This document shows positions 16,596 through 25,899 of a stretch of DNA of 32,000 nt, piece after piece. The position numbers and the translations under genes are program-made. Each line of letters begins with the position of its first letter. The first letter of the stretch is position 1. Below the pieces are notes generated by a model. That model was not told where the DNA came from and did not search any database. It was given only the letters and a program-made list of their open reading frames with translations. Source of the stretch: Candidatus Saccharimonadota bacterium (GTDB lineage: Archaea > Micrarchaeota > Micrarchaeia > Micrarchaeales > Micrarchaeaceae); assembly GCA_021654395.1 (NCBI GenBank), contig AP024486.1, forward strand, positions 690,001-722,000. The letters are read 5' to 3'.

Positions 16596-16643
16596 TCTTA
16601 ACTACTATAAGATATAAATTAAAGTTAAAAAGATTAGCTTAGA

Positions 16644-19600
16644 TTAAAGCTTCTCTATCTTTATATAAACCTCTGAATCCTCTAGGTCTAGCTTCTGCAT
16701 GTTGTTATCTTCTTTATTGATAAGCTCTTTAGCATTTACATACCTCTTAAGCTCCTCTATATTTCTCTCGATTGCCTCTTTAGACTGCTGATCTGCTCTG
16801 TAGTATACTCTTATTATATCTATCTTCTTTAGGCCTAGGCTCTTCCTTAATAGCTGTATCCTTCTCTGAAGCTCTCTTATAAATGCCTCCTCTCTAAGCT
16901 TATCATCAAGCTCCTTATCTATATCTGCATATCCGTACTTAAAAGATACTGCATTGCCCTCTGGCTCCTTCTCGATGATCTTAAAGTCATTCGCTGTAAT
17001 CTCAAATCTGTTGCCATCAATCTCAATTATATACTTTCCATTCTCCCTTATTGAGCTCTCTAGATCATCTGCATTAGCTCTCTTTAGAAGATCTGCTATC
17101 CTTGGAGCATAGCTCTTAAACTTAGGCCCTAAGCTATTAAACTCCGGTCTTACCTCTTTACTGCCTTTGCCTCTCTTTATAACAAGCTGCTTTGAGTTGA
17201 CTAATAGCATAATTATATCCTTCATCTCTTCTGCTACCTTCAATGCTTGCTCATCATTAAGTGTTACATAAGCAGCTTTTATGGGCCATCTCAATCTTAT
17301 CTGTGCCTTATCTCTGCTGCTAAGGATTGCTGCAACTATCTCATTTGCTATACTAAAGCTTCTTTCAAGATTATCATCTATATCTTTCTTACTTACTCTA
17401 GGCCAATCCTCTAGATGAATGCTATCTTTAAGCCCATATAGAGATCTGTATATCTTCTCTGTTATGAATGGTAGGAAGGGCGTATTGATAACTAATGTCT
17501 TAAAGAAGATGCTGTTTAATACTGAGAGCTTTGCATGCATCTTCTGCTTGTCTTCTATATTAAACCTCTTCTTTAGCAGCTTTATATAATCTCTGCTTAG
17601 ATCATTAAGCACGAAGCCCTTTAGCTCCATGAATGCCTCTGGAGCATAATAGTCCTTTAGAAGATCTGTAACGTTATTAAGAACTCTGTTGAATCTTGAC
17701 ATTATCCATAGATCCTCTTTATCTAAGAGCTCTTTGCTTATCTTCTTGCTTATCTTCTTATAATCGTAATCCACATAGCTAGAGTACTCCTTTATAAAGT
17801 CCTCTATATTATGCAGTAGCATCAGATACTTTATTCCATCTACCCATTCGGACTTCTTTGTTAATACATCTGGCTGATATGAGTGAGAGAATACCCAGTA
17901 TCTTATCGAGTCTGCAGGATATACCTTAACCTCCTCGCTTACTGCTATATAGTTACCTAGATGCTTATGTATCTCTCTTCCTTTCTCATCAAGTACCATC
18001 GATGTAACTCCTATATTCTTAACTGGTGTCTTACCATATAGCATAACACCTATCTTTATTGTTCCAGAGAACCATCCTCTTAACTGATCTGTTCCCTCTA
18101 TCAAGAAGTCTACCTGCATATCCTCTTCTACTTTGTCTCTTATACTAGCATTAAATGCTATGCTTGAGTCGTACCATACATCAAATACATCTGGTACTCT
18201 ATGCATATCATTATGACATCTATCACACTCTAGTACTACATTATCTATATATGGCTTGTGTAGATCATTCATTGATCTCACATACTCCTTATTCTTAGCC
18301 TTTTCAAGTAGCTCCTCCTTGCTTCCTATGACTGTTACATTCTTACAGCTATCGCATATCCATATAGGTAATGGAATACCCCAGTAACGCTGCCTTGATA
18401 TACACCAGTCTGGAGCATTCTTGAATACTGCCTCCTGCCAGTCTACAGCCTCTTTAGGATGCCATCTTATCTTTCTATTCTCCTTTAAGATCTTGCTCTT
18501 TACCTTCTGAATATTAAAGAACCACTGATCAGTTGAGATATATATAACCTTATTATGACATCTCCAGCAGTGAGGATACGAGTGTGTTATCTTCTCATTT
18601 ACTATTAATGCTCCTCTCTCTTTTAGATCATTTATTATTATCTCGTTAGCCTCAAATACCTGCATTCCTGCGTACTTGCCCATAGCCTCTGTATATCTCC
18701 CATCCTCTTTTACATTTGATAGCATCTTAAGCTTATACCTTATGCCTAAATTATAGTCATCTATTCCATGAGCTGGAGCTACATGAACAAATCCGCTTCC
18801 TTCATTAGCATTTACTATAGATGCATCTGCTATTACTATATGCTGCTCTCTTAGATCCTTATGCAGAGGTATAAGATCCTCTAAAGGGTGTATATAATGC
18901 ATCTTATTAAGCTCCTTTCCATATATCTGGTCTAGTACTCTATACTCCTTAAATCTATCCTTTAGTCTGTCTAAGCTATTCTTAGATGTTATTATCTTCT
19001 TTCCATTGAACTCTACTATCAGATACTCTGCCTCAGGATCTGCTGCTATAACTAGATTATCTGGCAGAGTCCAAGGAGTTGTTGTCCATACAAGCAGATA
19101 CGCATCGCTAAGCCTCTTATTTCTATTAAGCTCTGGATTCAGCTTAAATAGCACATAGATAGATGGATCTGTATCATTTGCATACTCTAGCTCAGCTGTT
19201 CCTTGAGCTAGTGTTGTATCACAGTATATGCAGTAAGGCACAGTCTTCTTCTCTCTATATACATATCCGTTATCATATATCTTCTTGAATATCCTTAAGC
19301 CTGCAAGTATATACTCTTCTTTGTATGGTATATAAGGATCCTTAAAGTCTAGCCATACGCCATATCTATAGTAGTCATTATCCATCCTATTCATATAGCT
19401 ATTAACAAAGTCCTTACATGCTTGTATAAATCTCTCTATGCCAACCTTCTCAACAATCTCCTTCTTAGAGCTTATCCCTAATGTAGACTCTACCTTCTTC
19501 TCTATAGGCAGGCCATGTACATCATAGCCAGCTCTATCATAGACCTTATAGCCAAATGATCTTCTAAATCTAAGTATAGCATCCTTTATCACCTTTACTC

Positions 19601-19817
19601 TTAATCCGCCTATATGAAGATCTCCTGTAACATAAGGCGGACCATCTAAGAAGTAGAAGCTAGGCCCGTCTGAGTTTCTTGATCTAACTCTTTCTAATAT
19701 ATTATTACTATTCCAGTAGCTTATTATATCAAGCTCATCCTTTATTAAGCTCTGACTTACATTATCTTTAGATTCTAGATTCTTACTATCTGAGCTATTG
19801 GCTTCCAATCTAACCAC
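16644..19817 (-). CDS. ileS: Isoleucyl-tRNA synthetase
   Basis: 1057 aa. GPPYVTGDLHIGG (HIGH region), CP1 editing motifs WTTTPWTLP and GSGFVHVAPAHG, Cys clusters CWRC/CDSC/CDRC, KMSKS region GREIHKHLGNY. The track start is GTG at 19817; there is no nearby ATG. Confidence 0.95.
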   Translation of the reverse strand: MVRLEANSSDSKNLESKDNVSQSLIKDELDIISYWNSNNILERVRSRNSDGPSFYFLDGPPYVTGDLHIGGLRVKVIKDAILRFRRSFGYKVYDRAGYDVHGLPIEKKVESTLGISSKKEIVEKVGIERFIQACKDFVNSYMNRMDNDYYRYGVWLDFKDPYIPYKEEYILAGLRIFKKIYDNGYVYREKKTVPYCIYCDTTLAQGTAELEYANDTDPSIYVLFKLNPELNRNKRLSDAYLLVWTTTPWTLPDNLVIAADPEAEYLIVEFNGKKIITSKNSLDRLKDRFKEYRVLDQIYGKELNKMHYIHPLEDLIPLHKDLREQHIVIADASIVNANEGSGFVHVAPAHGIDDYNLGIRYKLKMLSNVKEDGRYTEAMGKYAGMQVFEANEIIINDLKERGALIVNEKITHSYPHCWRCHNKVIYISTDQWFFNIQKVKSKILKENRKIRWHPKEAVDWQEAVFKNAPDWCISRQRYWGIPLPIWICDSCKNVTVIGSKEELLEKAKNKEYVRSMNDLHKPYIDNVVLECDRCHNDMHRVPDVFDVWYDSSIAFNASIRDKVEEDMQVDFLIEGTDQLRGWFSGTIKIGVMLYGKTPVKNIGVTSMVLDEKGREIHKHLGNYIAVSEEVKVYPADSIRYWVFSHSYQPDVLTKKSEWVDGIKYLMLLHNIEDFIKEYSSYVDYDYKKISKKISKELLDKEDLWIMSRFNRVLNNVTDLLKDYYAPEAFMELKGFVLNDLSRDYIKLLKKRFNIEDKQKMHAKLSVLNSIFFKTLVINTPFLPFITEKIYRSLYGLKDSIHLEDWPRVSKKDIDDNLERSFSIANEIVAAILSSRDKAQIRLRWPIKAAYVTLNDEQALKVAEEMKDIIMLLVNSKQLVIKRGKGSKEVRPEFNSLGPKFKSYAPRIADLLKRANADDLESSIRENGKYIIEIDGNRFEITANDFKIIEKEPEGNAVSFKYGYADIDKELDDKLREEAFIRELQRRIQLLRKSLGLKKIDIIRVYYRADQQSKEAIERNIEELKRYVNAKELINKEDNNMQKLDLEDSEVYIKIEKL

Positions 19818-19966
19818 CGGGGCTAATAATAATAAATATTGAGATTATTTATAAGCTTAATCTTTATATAAGAATCAAAGTCTATATGCTTAAATCTTTA
19901 AAATAAAATCTTATAAGTTTTTCTTCAGATAGCTTATTAATTATAGTAATAGATAGAGTTTTAAAG

Positions 19967-20539
19967 ATGGATGAGCTTGAAAGACTAAAAAGAGAAAGAG
20001 ATCTATACCTATTTATAATAGAGAAGTATAAGGACTATATAGAAAAGGAGGAGTATAGATCTATAGCTGCATTAAGCTCTCTTATAACTCCCGATATAGA
20101 TGAGATAGAGGAGTTTCTTATAGATATAAGGTCTAAGTACGAGCCATTTGTTTATAACAAAGATATGCTGCATATAACAGCAGATCTATTAAGCAAGATT
20201 AACAGCTCTATACTAGAGCTAAGGATGCCTATAGAGCTATGGCTGTATCCAAGAGATGTTATTATGCTTAAGGTAGGGGATAAGATAGATATAGCAAATC
20301 TTATAACATCTATACTTATAACTCTAGGAAGCTCAACAGCAAAGACAATAGTAAACAACTATAATGATCAGCTGATAGTTGGAAGCTACTTCAGCTTTAA
20401 TGATAAGTACTATCTTATAAGAGATGGTGTTATACTTATATATAATAGCTTAGAGGAGCTTTATAAGGCTGTATATGCTGATAAGACAGATGAGGCATTT
20501 GAATATAACAATACATACTACAGATACATAAAGATTTAA
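19967..20539 (+). CDS. Hypothetical protein (190 aa)
   Basis: ORF with the local codon style. The segment YPRDVIMLKVGDKIDIANLITSILITLG loosely resembles a transglutaminase-like core (G-D-C-x-D-x-A) with Lys in place of Cys. This is speculative. Confidence 0.45.
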   Translation: MDELERLKRERDLYLFIIEKYKDYIEKEEYRSIAALSSLITPDIDEIEEFLIDIRSKYEPFVYNKDMLHITADLLSKINSSILELRMPIELWLYPRDVIMLKVGDKIDIANLITSILITLGSSTAKTIVNNYNDQLIVGSYFSFNDKYYLIRDGVILIYNSLEELYKAVYADKTDEAFEYNNTYYRYIKI

Positions 20540-20564
20540 TTAGTTTTGATACAAATCTCTTTTT

Positions 20565-21731
20565 ATGAATTTTAAGATACTTTATGCTGAAGGAGATGGC
20601 ATAGGAAAGGATATAGTACCGCCAACAGTAGAGATTATTAAAGAGGCAGTGAAAAGAGTAGAAGATGCTTCTATAGAGTTTGAAAGGATAGAGCTAGGAT
20701 TAGAGGCATTAGATAAGTACGGAGACAGATTTCCGAGGCAGGCTCAAGATATGCTAATGAGCTATAGATATCTTCTTAAAGGACCCATAGAGACACCAGT
20801 TGGAGAGGGCGAGCGCTCAGTTAATGTTAGAATAAGATTATTATTAGATCTATATGCGAATATAAGGCCTGTCAGATACGAGAGCTATATGCAGTCTCCA
20901 TTGAAAGATCCTAATGGAGTAGATCTCGTTATTATAAGAGAGAACACAGATGATATATATAGAGGAATAGAGTGGCCTTACGACTCTGATGAAGCGTCAA
21001 GACTTAGAAGTATAATGAAGGATCAGTTTAATATAGATATAAGCTCTGACTCAGGAGTTGGTATAAAAAGCATAAGCAGAAGAGCAACTGAAAGAATAGC
21101 TAGATTCGCTATAGAGTATGCCTTAAAGAATAATAGAAGGAGTATAACAATAATGCATAAGGGAAATATAATGAAGTATACAGAGGGCTTCTTTAGAGAG
21201 GTAGTATATAATCTATACAAGAGGGAGTACGCAGATAAGATCTACTTAGAGAACGAGCAGCCGCAGGATAGCTCTAGAAGGATACTTATAAATGATAGAA
21301 TTGCTGATAATATGCTTCAACAGATAATAATAAATCCGAGGAGCTATGATATAATACTTGCTCCTAATCTTAATGGAGATTATGTCTCTGATGCGGCAGG
21401 CGCATTGATAGGCAATATTGCATTGCTTGGATCTGCTAATATAGGAGATGATGCAGCGATGTTTGAAGCCGTGCATGGAACAGCTCCAAAGTATGCAGGG
21501 CAGCATCTCGCAAATCCTACTGGCATAATAAATGCTGGAGTGATGATGCTTGAGCATCTAGGCCTGTCTAATGCAGCGCTGCTTATAAGAAGAGCTTTAG
21601 CAGAGATGTATAATAGAAAGATAGTAACCAGAGATGTTGCAAGATATATGAATGTTAATCCTGTATCTACAGATGAGTTCTGCAGCTCTATTATAGATTA
21701 TATAAAAGATAGTGGTAATGATGCAAGATAG
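20565..21731 (+). CDS. icd: Isocitrate dehydrogenase (beta-decarboxylating dehydrogenase family, IDH-type)
   Basis: 388 aa. AEGDGIGKDIVP, RSVNVRIRLLLDLYANIRPVRY, NLNGDYVSDAAGALIGNIALLGSANIG, EAVHGTAPKYAG. Confidence 0.88.
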   Translation: MNFKILYAEGDGIGKDIVPPTVEIIKEAVKRVEDASIEFERIELGLEALDKYGDRFPRQAQDMLMSYRYLLKGPIETPVGEGERSVNVRIRLLLDLYANIRPVRYESYMQSPLKDPNGVDLVIIRENTDDIYRGIEWPYDSDEASRLRSIMKDQFNIDISSDSGVGIKSISRRATERIARFAIEYALKNNRRSITIMHKGNIMKYTEGFFREVVYNLYKREYADKIYLENEQPQDSSRRILINDRIADNMLQQIIINPRSYDIILAPNLNGDYVSDAAGALIGNIALLGSANIGDDAAMFEAVHGTAPKYAGQHLANPTGIINAGVMMLEHLGLSNAALLIRRALAEMYNRKIVTRDVARYMNVNPVSTDEFCSSIIDYIKDSGNDAR

Positions 21732-22872
21732 TAGCATAAAGGTCTATAAAGGATTAGAAGGAGTATATGTAGCAGAGTCAGATATCTGCCTTGTAGATGG
21801 ACAGAATGGTAAGCTTTACTATAGGGGTTACAGCATAGAGGATCTAGCAGAGAGATCTTCATATGAAGAGGTATGCTATCTGCTACTTCATGGAAGACTT
21901 CCTAATAAGACAGAGCTTGAATCATTTAAGGATGAGATGAGAGAGGATAGAGATCTGCCTAAGGGCGTATTAGATATAATAAAGCATCTTGCTGGTAGAG
22001 CACACCCAATGGATATAATGAGAACTGCAGTATCTGCGCTGCCAGCATACGATAAAGAGGCTTATGATAATAATGAAGGAGCCAATATAAGAAAGTCTAT
22101 GAGAATAATATCAAAGGCAGCATCTATAGTCGCAGCAATATACAGATTTGAGCAAGGAGAGGACTATATTGAGCCAGATTACGAGCTATCGCATGCTGCA
22201 AACTTCTTGTACATGCTTAAAGGAGAGAAGCCAACAGATGAGCAGTCTAGACTTATGGATAGAGAGCTTATTCTTCATGCAGAGCACAGCTCTAATGCCT
22301 CAACCTTCTCATGTCTAGTTACAGCATCTACTCTAGCAGATATATACGCTGCTGTAACAGCAGGTATTGCAACATTAAAAGGGCCTTTGCATGGAGGAGC
22401 GGATGAGGCTGCATTAAAGCTTATTATAGCAATTGGAAGAAAAGAGAATGTTAGCAGCTATATACAGAATATGCTTAAGAATAAGCAGAAGATTATGGGA
22501 TTTGGTCATAGAGTCTATAAGACATATGATCCAAGAGCCAAGATTATAAAAGAGGATCTTCTAAATATAGAGAAGAAAGCAAATACTAGAATAAAGAGGC
22601 TTATAGAGGTTGTCTTAGAGGTTGAAAGAGAGACTATAAACAATCTTAGCGGTAAGGGTATATATCCTAACATGGATCTCTTCTCAGGGATTGTATATCA
22701 GTATCTAGGAGTGCCATCTAATCTATTCACTCCGATATTTGCGGCAAGCAGAACTGTAGGCTGGTGCGCTCATATAATAGAGTATATGCAGTCTAGCAAG
22801 CTCATAAGGCCTTTAGAGCTATATAAAGGTAAGAGAGATCTTAAGTATATAGATATAGATAGCAGAGCCTAA
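21712..22872 (+). CDS. gltA: Citrate synthase
   Basis: 386 aa. LHAEHSSNASTF, GPLHGGA, GFGHRVYKTYDPRA. Overlaps the icd 3' end by 20 nt; the true start may be one of the adjacent ATGs in MVMMQ. Confidence 0.95.
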   Translation: MVMMQDSSIKVYKGLEGVYVAESDICLVDGQNGKLYYRGYSIEDLAERSSYEEVCYLLLHGRLPNKTELESFKDEMREDRDLPKGVLDIIKHLAGRAHPMDIMRTAVSALPAYDKEAYDNNEGANIRKSMRIISKAASIVAAIYRFEQGEDYIEPDYELSHAANFLYMLKGEKPTDEQSRLMDRELILHAEHSSNASTFSCLVTASTLADIYAAVTAGIATLKGPLHGGADEAALKLIIAIGRKENVSSYIQNMLKNKQKIMGFGHRVYKTYDPRAKIIKEDLLNIEKKANTRIKRLIEVVLEVERETINNLSGKGIYPNMDLFSGIVYQYLGVPSNLFTPIFAASRTVGWCAHIIEYMQSSKLIRPLELYKGKRDLKYIDIDSRA

Positions 22873-23660
22873 CCCTTTATCTTTATTAACATCTGCTTCC
22901 ATTCTTTTATTATTCTGTCTCTTATAGACTCTAGCTCCTTATATGTATCCTGCTCGTTATTACTTATCTTAGATATATCTAGCTGAATAAATCTCATACC
23001 TGCTTCATGCTTTGGCTTGCTCTTTATATACAGCTTATGCTTATTGTATAGCTCTTTCATAATATCCTTAATAAGATACTCTCCATAACCGTCTGGATCC
23101 TTTATGCATAGTGAGATACTGCAGCTCTTATAATCTGTGTTCTTATTATAATCTCTTATAAACTTATCAAATAGATGCTTGCACTCCTCTCTAACACCTG
23201 GAAGCATAAGTATGGTAACTCCTTTGTATTCTATAAGCATAGCTGGAGCTACACCTACTTCATTGTATAAGACTCTAGCTCCTTCTATAATATAATCTGC
23301 CTTTGAGTCGAGTATAAACTTATGAAAGCCAGAATGTCTTAGCATTATATGCTCTGATAGCTCTCTGCTTCTTACTAATCTTAATCCTAATGCCTTAGCT
23401 ACAGCTCTCTTTGTTAGATCATCATGTGTAGGTCCAAGCCCACCAGTAGTTACTATTAATGCTGGCTTTCTGCTTAGAGAGTCTCTGAGCTCCTTAACTA
23501 TGTCATTTGTCTTATCATGAATTACAACTATTCTATTTGTTATAAATCCCTCTTTATCTAATAGGTCTGCTATATAAGCTGCGTTGGTGTTAACAGTCTT
23601 ACCTTTGAGAAGCTCATCACCTATATTTATTATCTCTGCTGTTAGTATCTTACTTTTCAT
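22869..23660 (-). CDS. CinA-like protein (MoCF-biosynthesis/molybdopterin-binding fold, COG1058)
   Basis: 263 aa. AEIINIGDELLKGKTVNTNAAYIADLL ... LIVTTGGLGPTHDDLTKRAVAKALG is the CinA N-terminal domain signature. Confidence 0.8.
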   Translation of the reverse strand: MKSKILTAEIINIGDELLKGKTVNTNAAYIADLLDKEGFITNRIVVIHDKTNDIVKELRDSLSRKPALIVTTGGLGPTHDDLTKRAVAKALGLRLVRSRELSEHIMLRHSGFHKFILDSKADYIIEGARVLYNEVGVAPAMLIEYKGVTILMLPGVREECKHLFDKFIRDYNKNTDYKSCSISLCIKDPDGYGEYLIKDIMKELYNKHKLYIKSKPKHEAGMRFIQLDISKISNNEQDTYKELESIRDRIIKEWKQMLIKIKG

Positions 23661-23716
23661 AAAATCAAGTATCCCTATAATATCTTATTGTAAAACAGAT
23701 ATATTTATCTTGTCTA

Positions 23717-24412
23717 TTACTCTACTATAAGCTCTAGCTCAGAGGCTATACTTATATCAGGCATCTTTATCTTAAGCTCTATAAGGTTATGATCCTTATC
23801 TATTGTAAATGGAGTCTTTGGATCTGTATCTATTATCTCAAAGGGCTTCTCAGCCTTTATGCTCTCTACTCTCTTTCCTGCTTCTATGTACTTAGCAAGC
23901 TGTATCTTTATATTAAATATATAGCCTTTTGGAGCTCTAATTATATAATGCTCTGAGCTATCCTCTATCTTACTTCCATTATATCTTATAACAAGCTTTG
24001 GTATCTCAATCTTTACTGTATTATCTGATCTCTCTCCTATGAAATCAAGCCTTAAAGGACCAGTATAGCTCATCTCAGGTCTTCTTACTTTAATTAGGAG
24101 ATCTACCTGCTCATTCGGCTTTATAGTTAATGGCGGCTTCGGCTTTATACTCTCTATTATAAAAGGCTTATTTACTAGAATATCATTAAGCTTAATGACA
24201 CTAAAGCTCTCTCTACTTTGAAGCATATCCTCTAAGGCTATCTCATCTGGCAGATAGTTTGAGAATGGTATCTTTAGGATTCTTGACTTCTTATTAAATA
24301 TAAAGCCTTTATCATCTATTACATGCTGTGATCCAGCCCATGTCGCTATAACAGATGTGACATTAACCTCAATCTTCTCCTTACTGCTCCAAAACAGCTT
24401 CATAAATATCAC
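23717..24412 (-). CDS. Hypothetical protein (231 aa) with two related beta-rich modules
   Basis: Internal repeat: NKPFIIESIKPKPPLTIKPNEQVDLLIKVRRPEMSYTGPLRLDF versus AEKPFEIIDTDPKTPFTIDKDHNLIELKIKMPDISIASELELIV. No signal peptide or TM helix is evident. Confidence 0.5.
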   Translation of the reverse strand: MIFMKLFWSSKEKIEVNVTSVIATWAGSQHVIDDKGFIFNKKSRILKIPFSNYLPDEIALEDMLQSRESFSVIKLNDILVNKPFIIESIKPKPPLTIKPNEQVDLLIKVRRPEMSYTGPLRLDFIGERSDNTVKIEIPKLVIRYNGSKIEDSSEHYIIRAPKGYIFNIKIQLAKYIEAGKRVESIKAEKPFEIIDTDPKTPFTIDKDHNLIELKIKMPDISIASELELIVE

Positions 24413-24533
24413 TATAGCTTCAAAGAGCTATACTTAGAGATAAGATATCATTAATCTTTTATAAGTATTGATATTGTAGCTAAGTATAAAGATCTTAGTA
24501 TCTTGTTTTTTAAAGATTTAAATAAAAGATAAG

Positions 24534-25397
24534 ATGATGTATCCTAAGCAGATCGATTATATAATACCTAAGAATATTGAGGATCTACTGAGCATGCTTA
24601 ATAGCTACTCAAATGCAAAGGTTATAGCAGGAGGCCAGTTCCTAACAAATCTTATTAAGAGCAATATGATAGATCTTGATGTCTTAATAGATATAAGCAG
24701 GATAAAGGAGCTTAACTTTGTAAAGCTTGATGGCAATGAATTAATCATAGGGGCCAATCTAACCTTAAATGAGATATCTAATAATGATACTATAAAGAGT
24801 AAAGCAGCTGCTCTCGCTAAGGCAGCTCTATCTGTTGCTGATATACAGATAAGAAGCTTGGCTACAATAGCTGGTAATATATGCAGCGCTTATAGATATA
24901 GAGATATACCAAGTGCTCTACTAGCATTAGAAGCTAGTATAAACAAGATAAGTCTTAATAAAGAAGAGTCATTAGATGCCCAGGAGTTCTTTATAGACTC
25001 ACTTAATACTAAATGCAGCTACAATGAGATAGTAAAGAGCGTATCTTTAAGAGCAGATAGTAAGAGATCTAACTATATTAAGCTTAGAGAGCTTAACTCA
25101 GAGAGATCTATAGTATCTATGGCATTAGCCTTATTTGAGAGCAGTAATGAAAGCTATATAGGCATAGGAGTATCTGCATTCTTCGATAAGCCGATATATA
25201 TTAAGTATATTATAGATGATAAAAAGGTAGATGCAAGAGAGATATATAATGAGATGATGAGCAGATACGAATCAATTATTATAAAAGATGATATACCTCT
25301 AGAGTATAGAAAGAGAGCTATTAAGAAGGTTATAGATAAGCTAATAGCAGATACATTTAGTGATTATAAAGATCTTAGGCTGATACTTAATGGCTAA
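24534..25397 (+). CDS. Molybdenum hydroxylase FAD-binding medium subunit (CoxM/XdhB-like)
   Basis: 287 aa. YIIPKNIEDLLSML...AKVIAGGQFL and LATIAGNICSA (FAD_binding_5 signatures). First gene of an M-S-L order operon. Confidence 0.85.
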   Translation: MMYPKQIDYIIPKNIEDLLSMLNSYSNAKVIAGGQFLTNLIKSNMIDLDVLIDISRIKELNFVKLDGNELIIGANLTLNEISNNDTIKSKAAALAKAALSVADIQIRSLATIAGNICSAYRYRDIPSALLALEASINKISLNKEESLDAQEFFIDSLNTKCSYNEIVKSVSLRADSKRSNYIKLRELNSERSIVSMALALFESSNESYIGIGVSAFFDKPIYIKYIIDDKKVDAREIYNEMMSRYESIIIKDDIPLEYRKRAIKKVIDKLIADTFSDYKDLRLILNG

Positions 25398-25899
25398 CGA
25401 AGAGAATGGATTAAGAAAGAGTATAAAGATAGTTGTTAATGGTACAAGATATAGTCTGTATGTAGAGCCAAGAATGCTCCTAGTACATCTATTAAGAGAT
25501 AAGCTAGGCATAAAAAGCGTACATATAGGATGCGACTCTGCACAGTGTGGTGCATGCAGCGTTATAATGAATAACAAGCTAGTAAAATCATGCAATGTCT
25601 TTGCTGTACAGGCTGCAGACTCTGAGATACTGACTCTTGAGGGATTAAAAGATAATCCGTTAATGAGATCTGCTATTGACAGCTTTATTAAGAGCAATGC
25701 TTATCAGTGTGGATACTGTACTCCAGGTATGCTTAATCTGCTATATTACATAAAGAGCAATAAAGACAGTGCAGATGCATCTCTTGATATTAATGATATG
25801 CTTATAGGTAATATCTGTAGGTGTACTGGATATATTAATATAATAAAGGCATTTAAGAGAGAGCTTGGTGCTCAGGATGGAGGATCTGATAGCAGATAG
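25390..25899 (+). CDS. Molybdenum hydroxylase [2Fe-2S] small subunit (CoxS-like)
   Basis: 169 aa. GCDSAQCGACSVIMNNKLVKSC (plant-type 2Fe-2S) and QCGYCTPGM...NICRCTGY (second 2Fe-2S cluster). Confidence 0.92.
   Translation: MANEENGLRKSIKIVVNGTRYSLYVEPRMLLVHLLRDKLGIKSVHIGCDSAQCGACSVIMNNKLVKSCNVFAVQAADSEILTLEGLKDNPLMRSAIDSFIKSNAYQCGYCTPGMLNLLYYIKSNKDSADASLDINDMLIGNICRCTGYINIIKAFKRELGAQDGGSDSR

Noticed and set aside
21023-21557. Two minus-strand ORFs (65 aa at 21023-21220 and 103 aa at 21246-21557) opposite icd
   Set aside because: Both are antisense to the well-supported isocitrate dehydrogenase CDS. These are shadow ORFs.
25341-25697. 118-aa minus-strand ORF opposite coxM/coxS
   Set aside because: It is antisense to two genes with unmistakable FAD and 2Fe-2S motifs. 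This is a shadow ORF.
25865-25899. 35-nt overlap between the coxS 3' end and the coxL ORF, considered as a possible frameshift or fused gene
   Set aside because: Both frames have their expected terminal motifs: the CoxS C-terminus after NICRCTGY, and the CoxL RxED/YIDDI N-terminus. Short overlaps with alternative starts (TTG, GTG, ATG) are normal in such operons.
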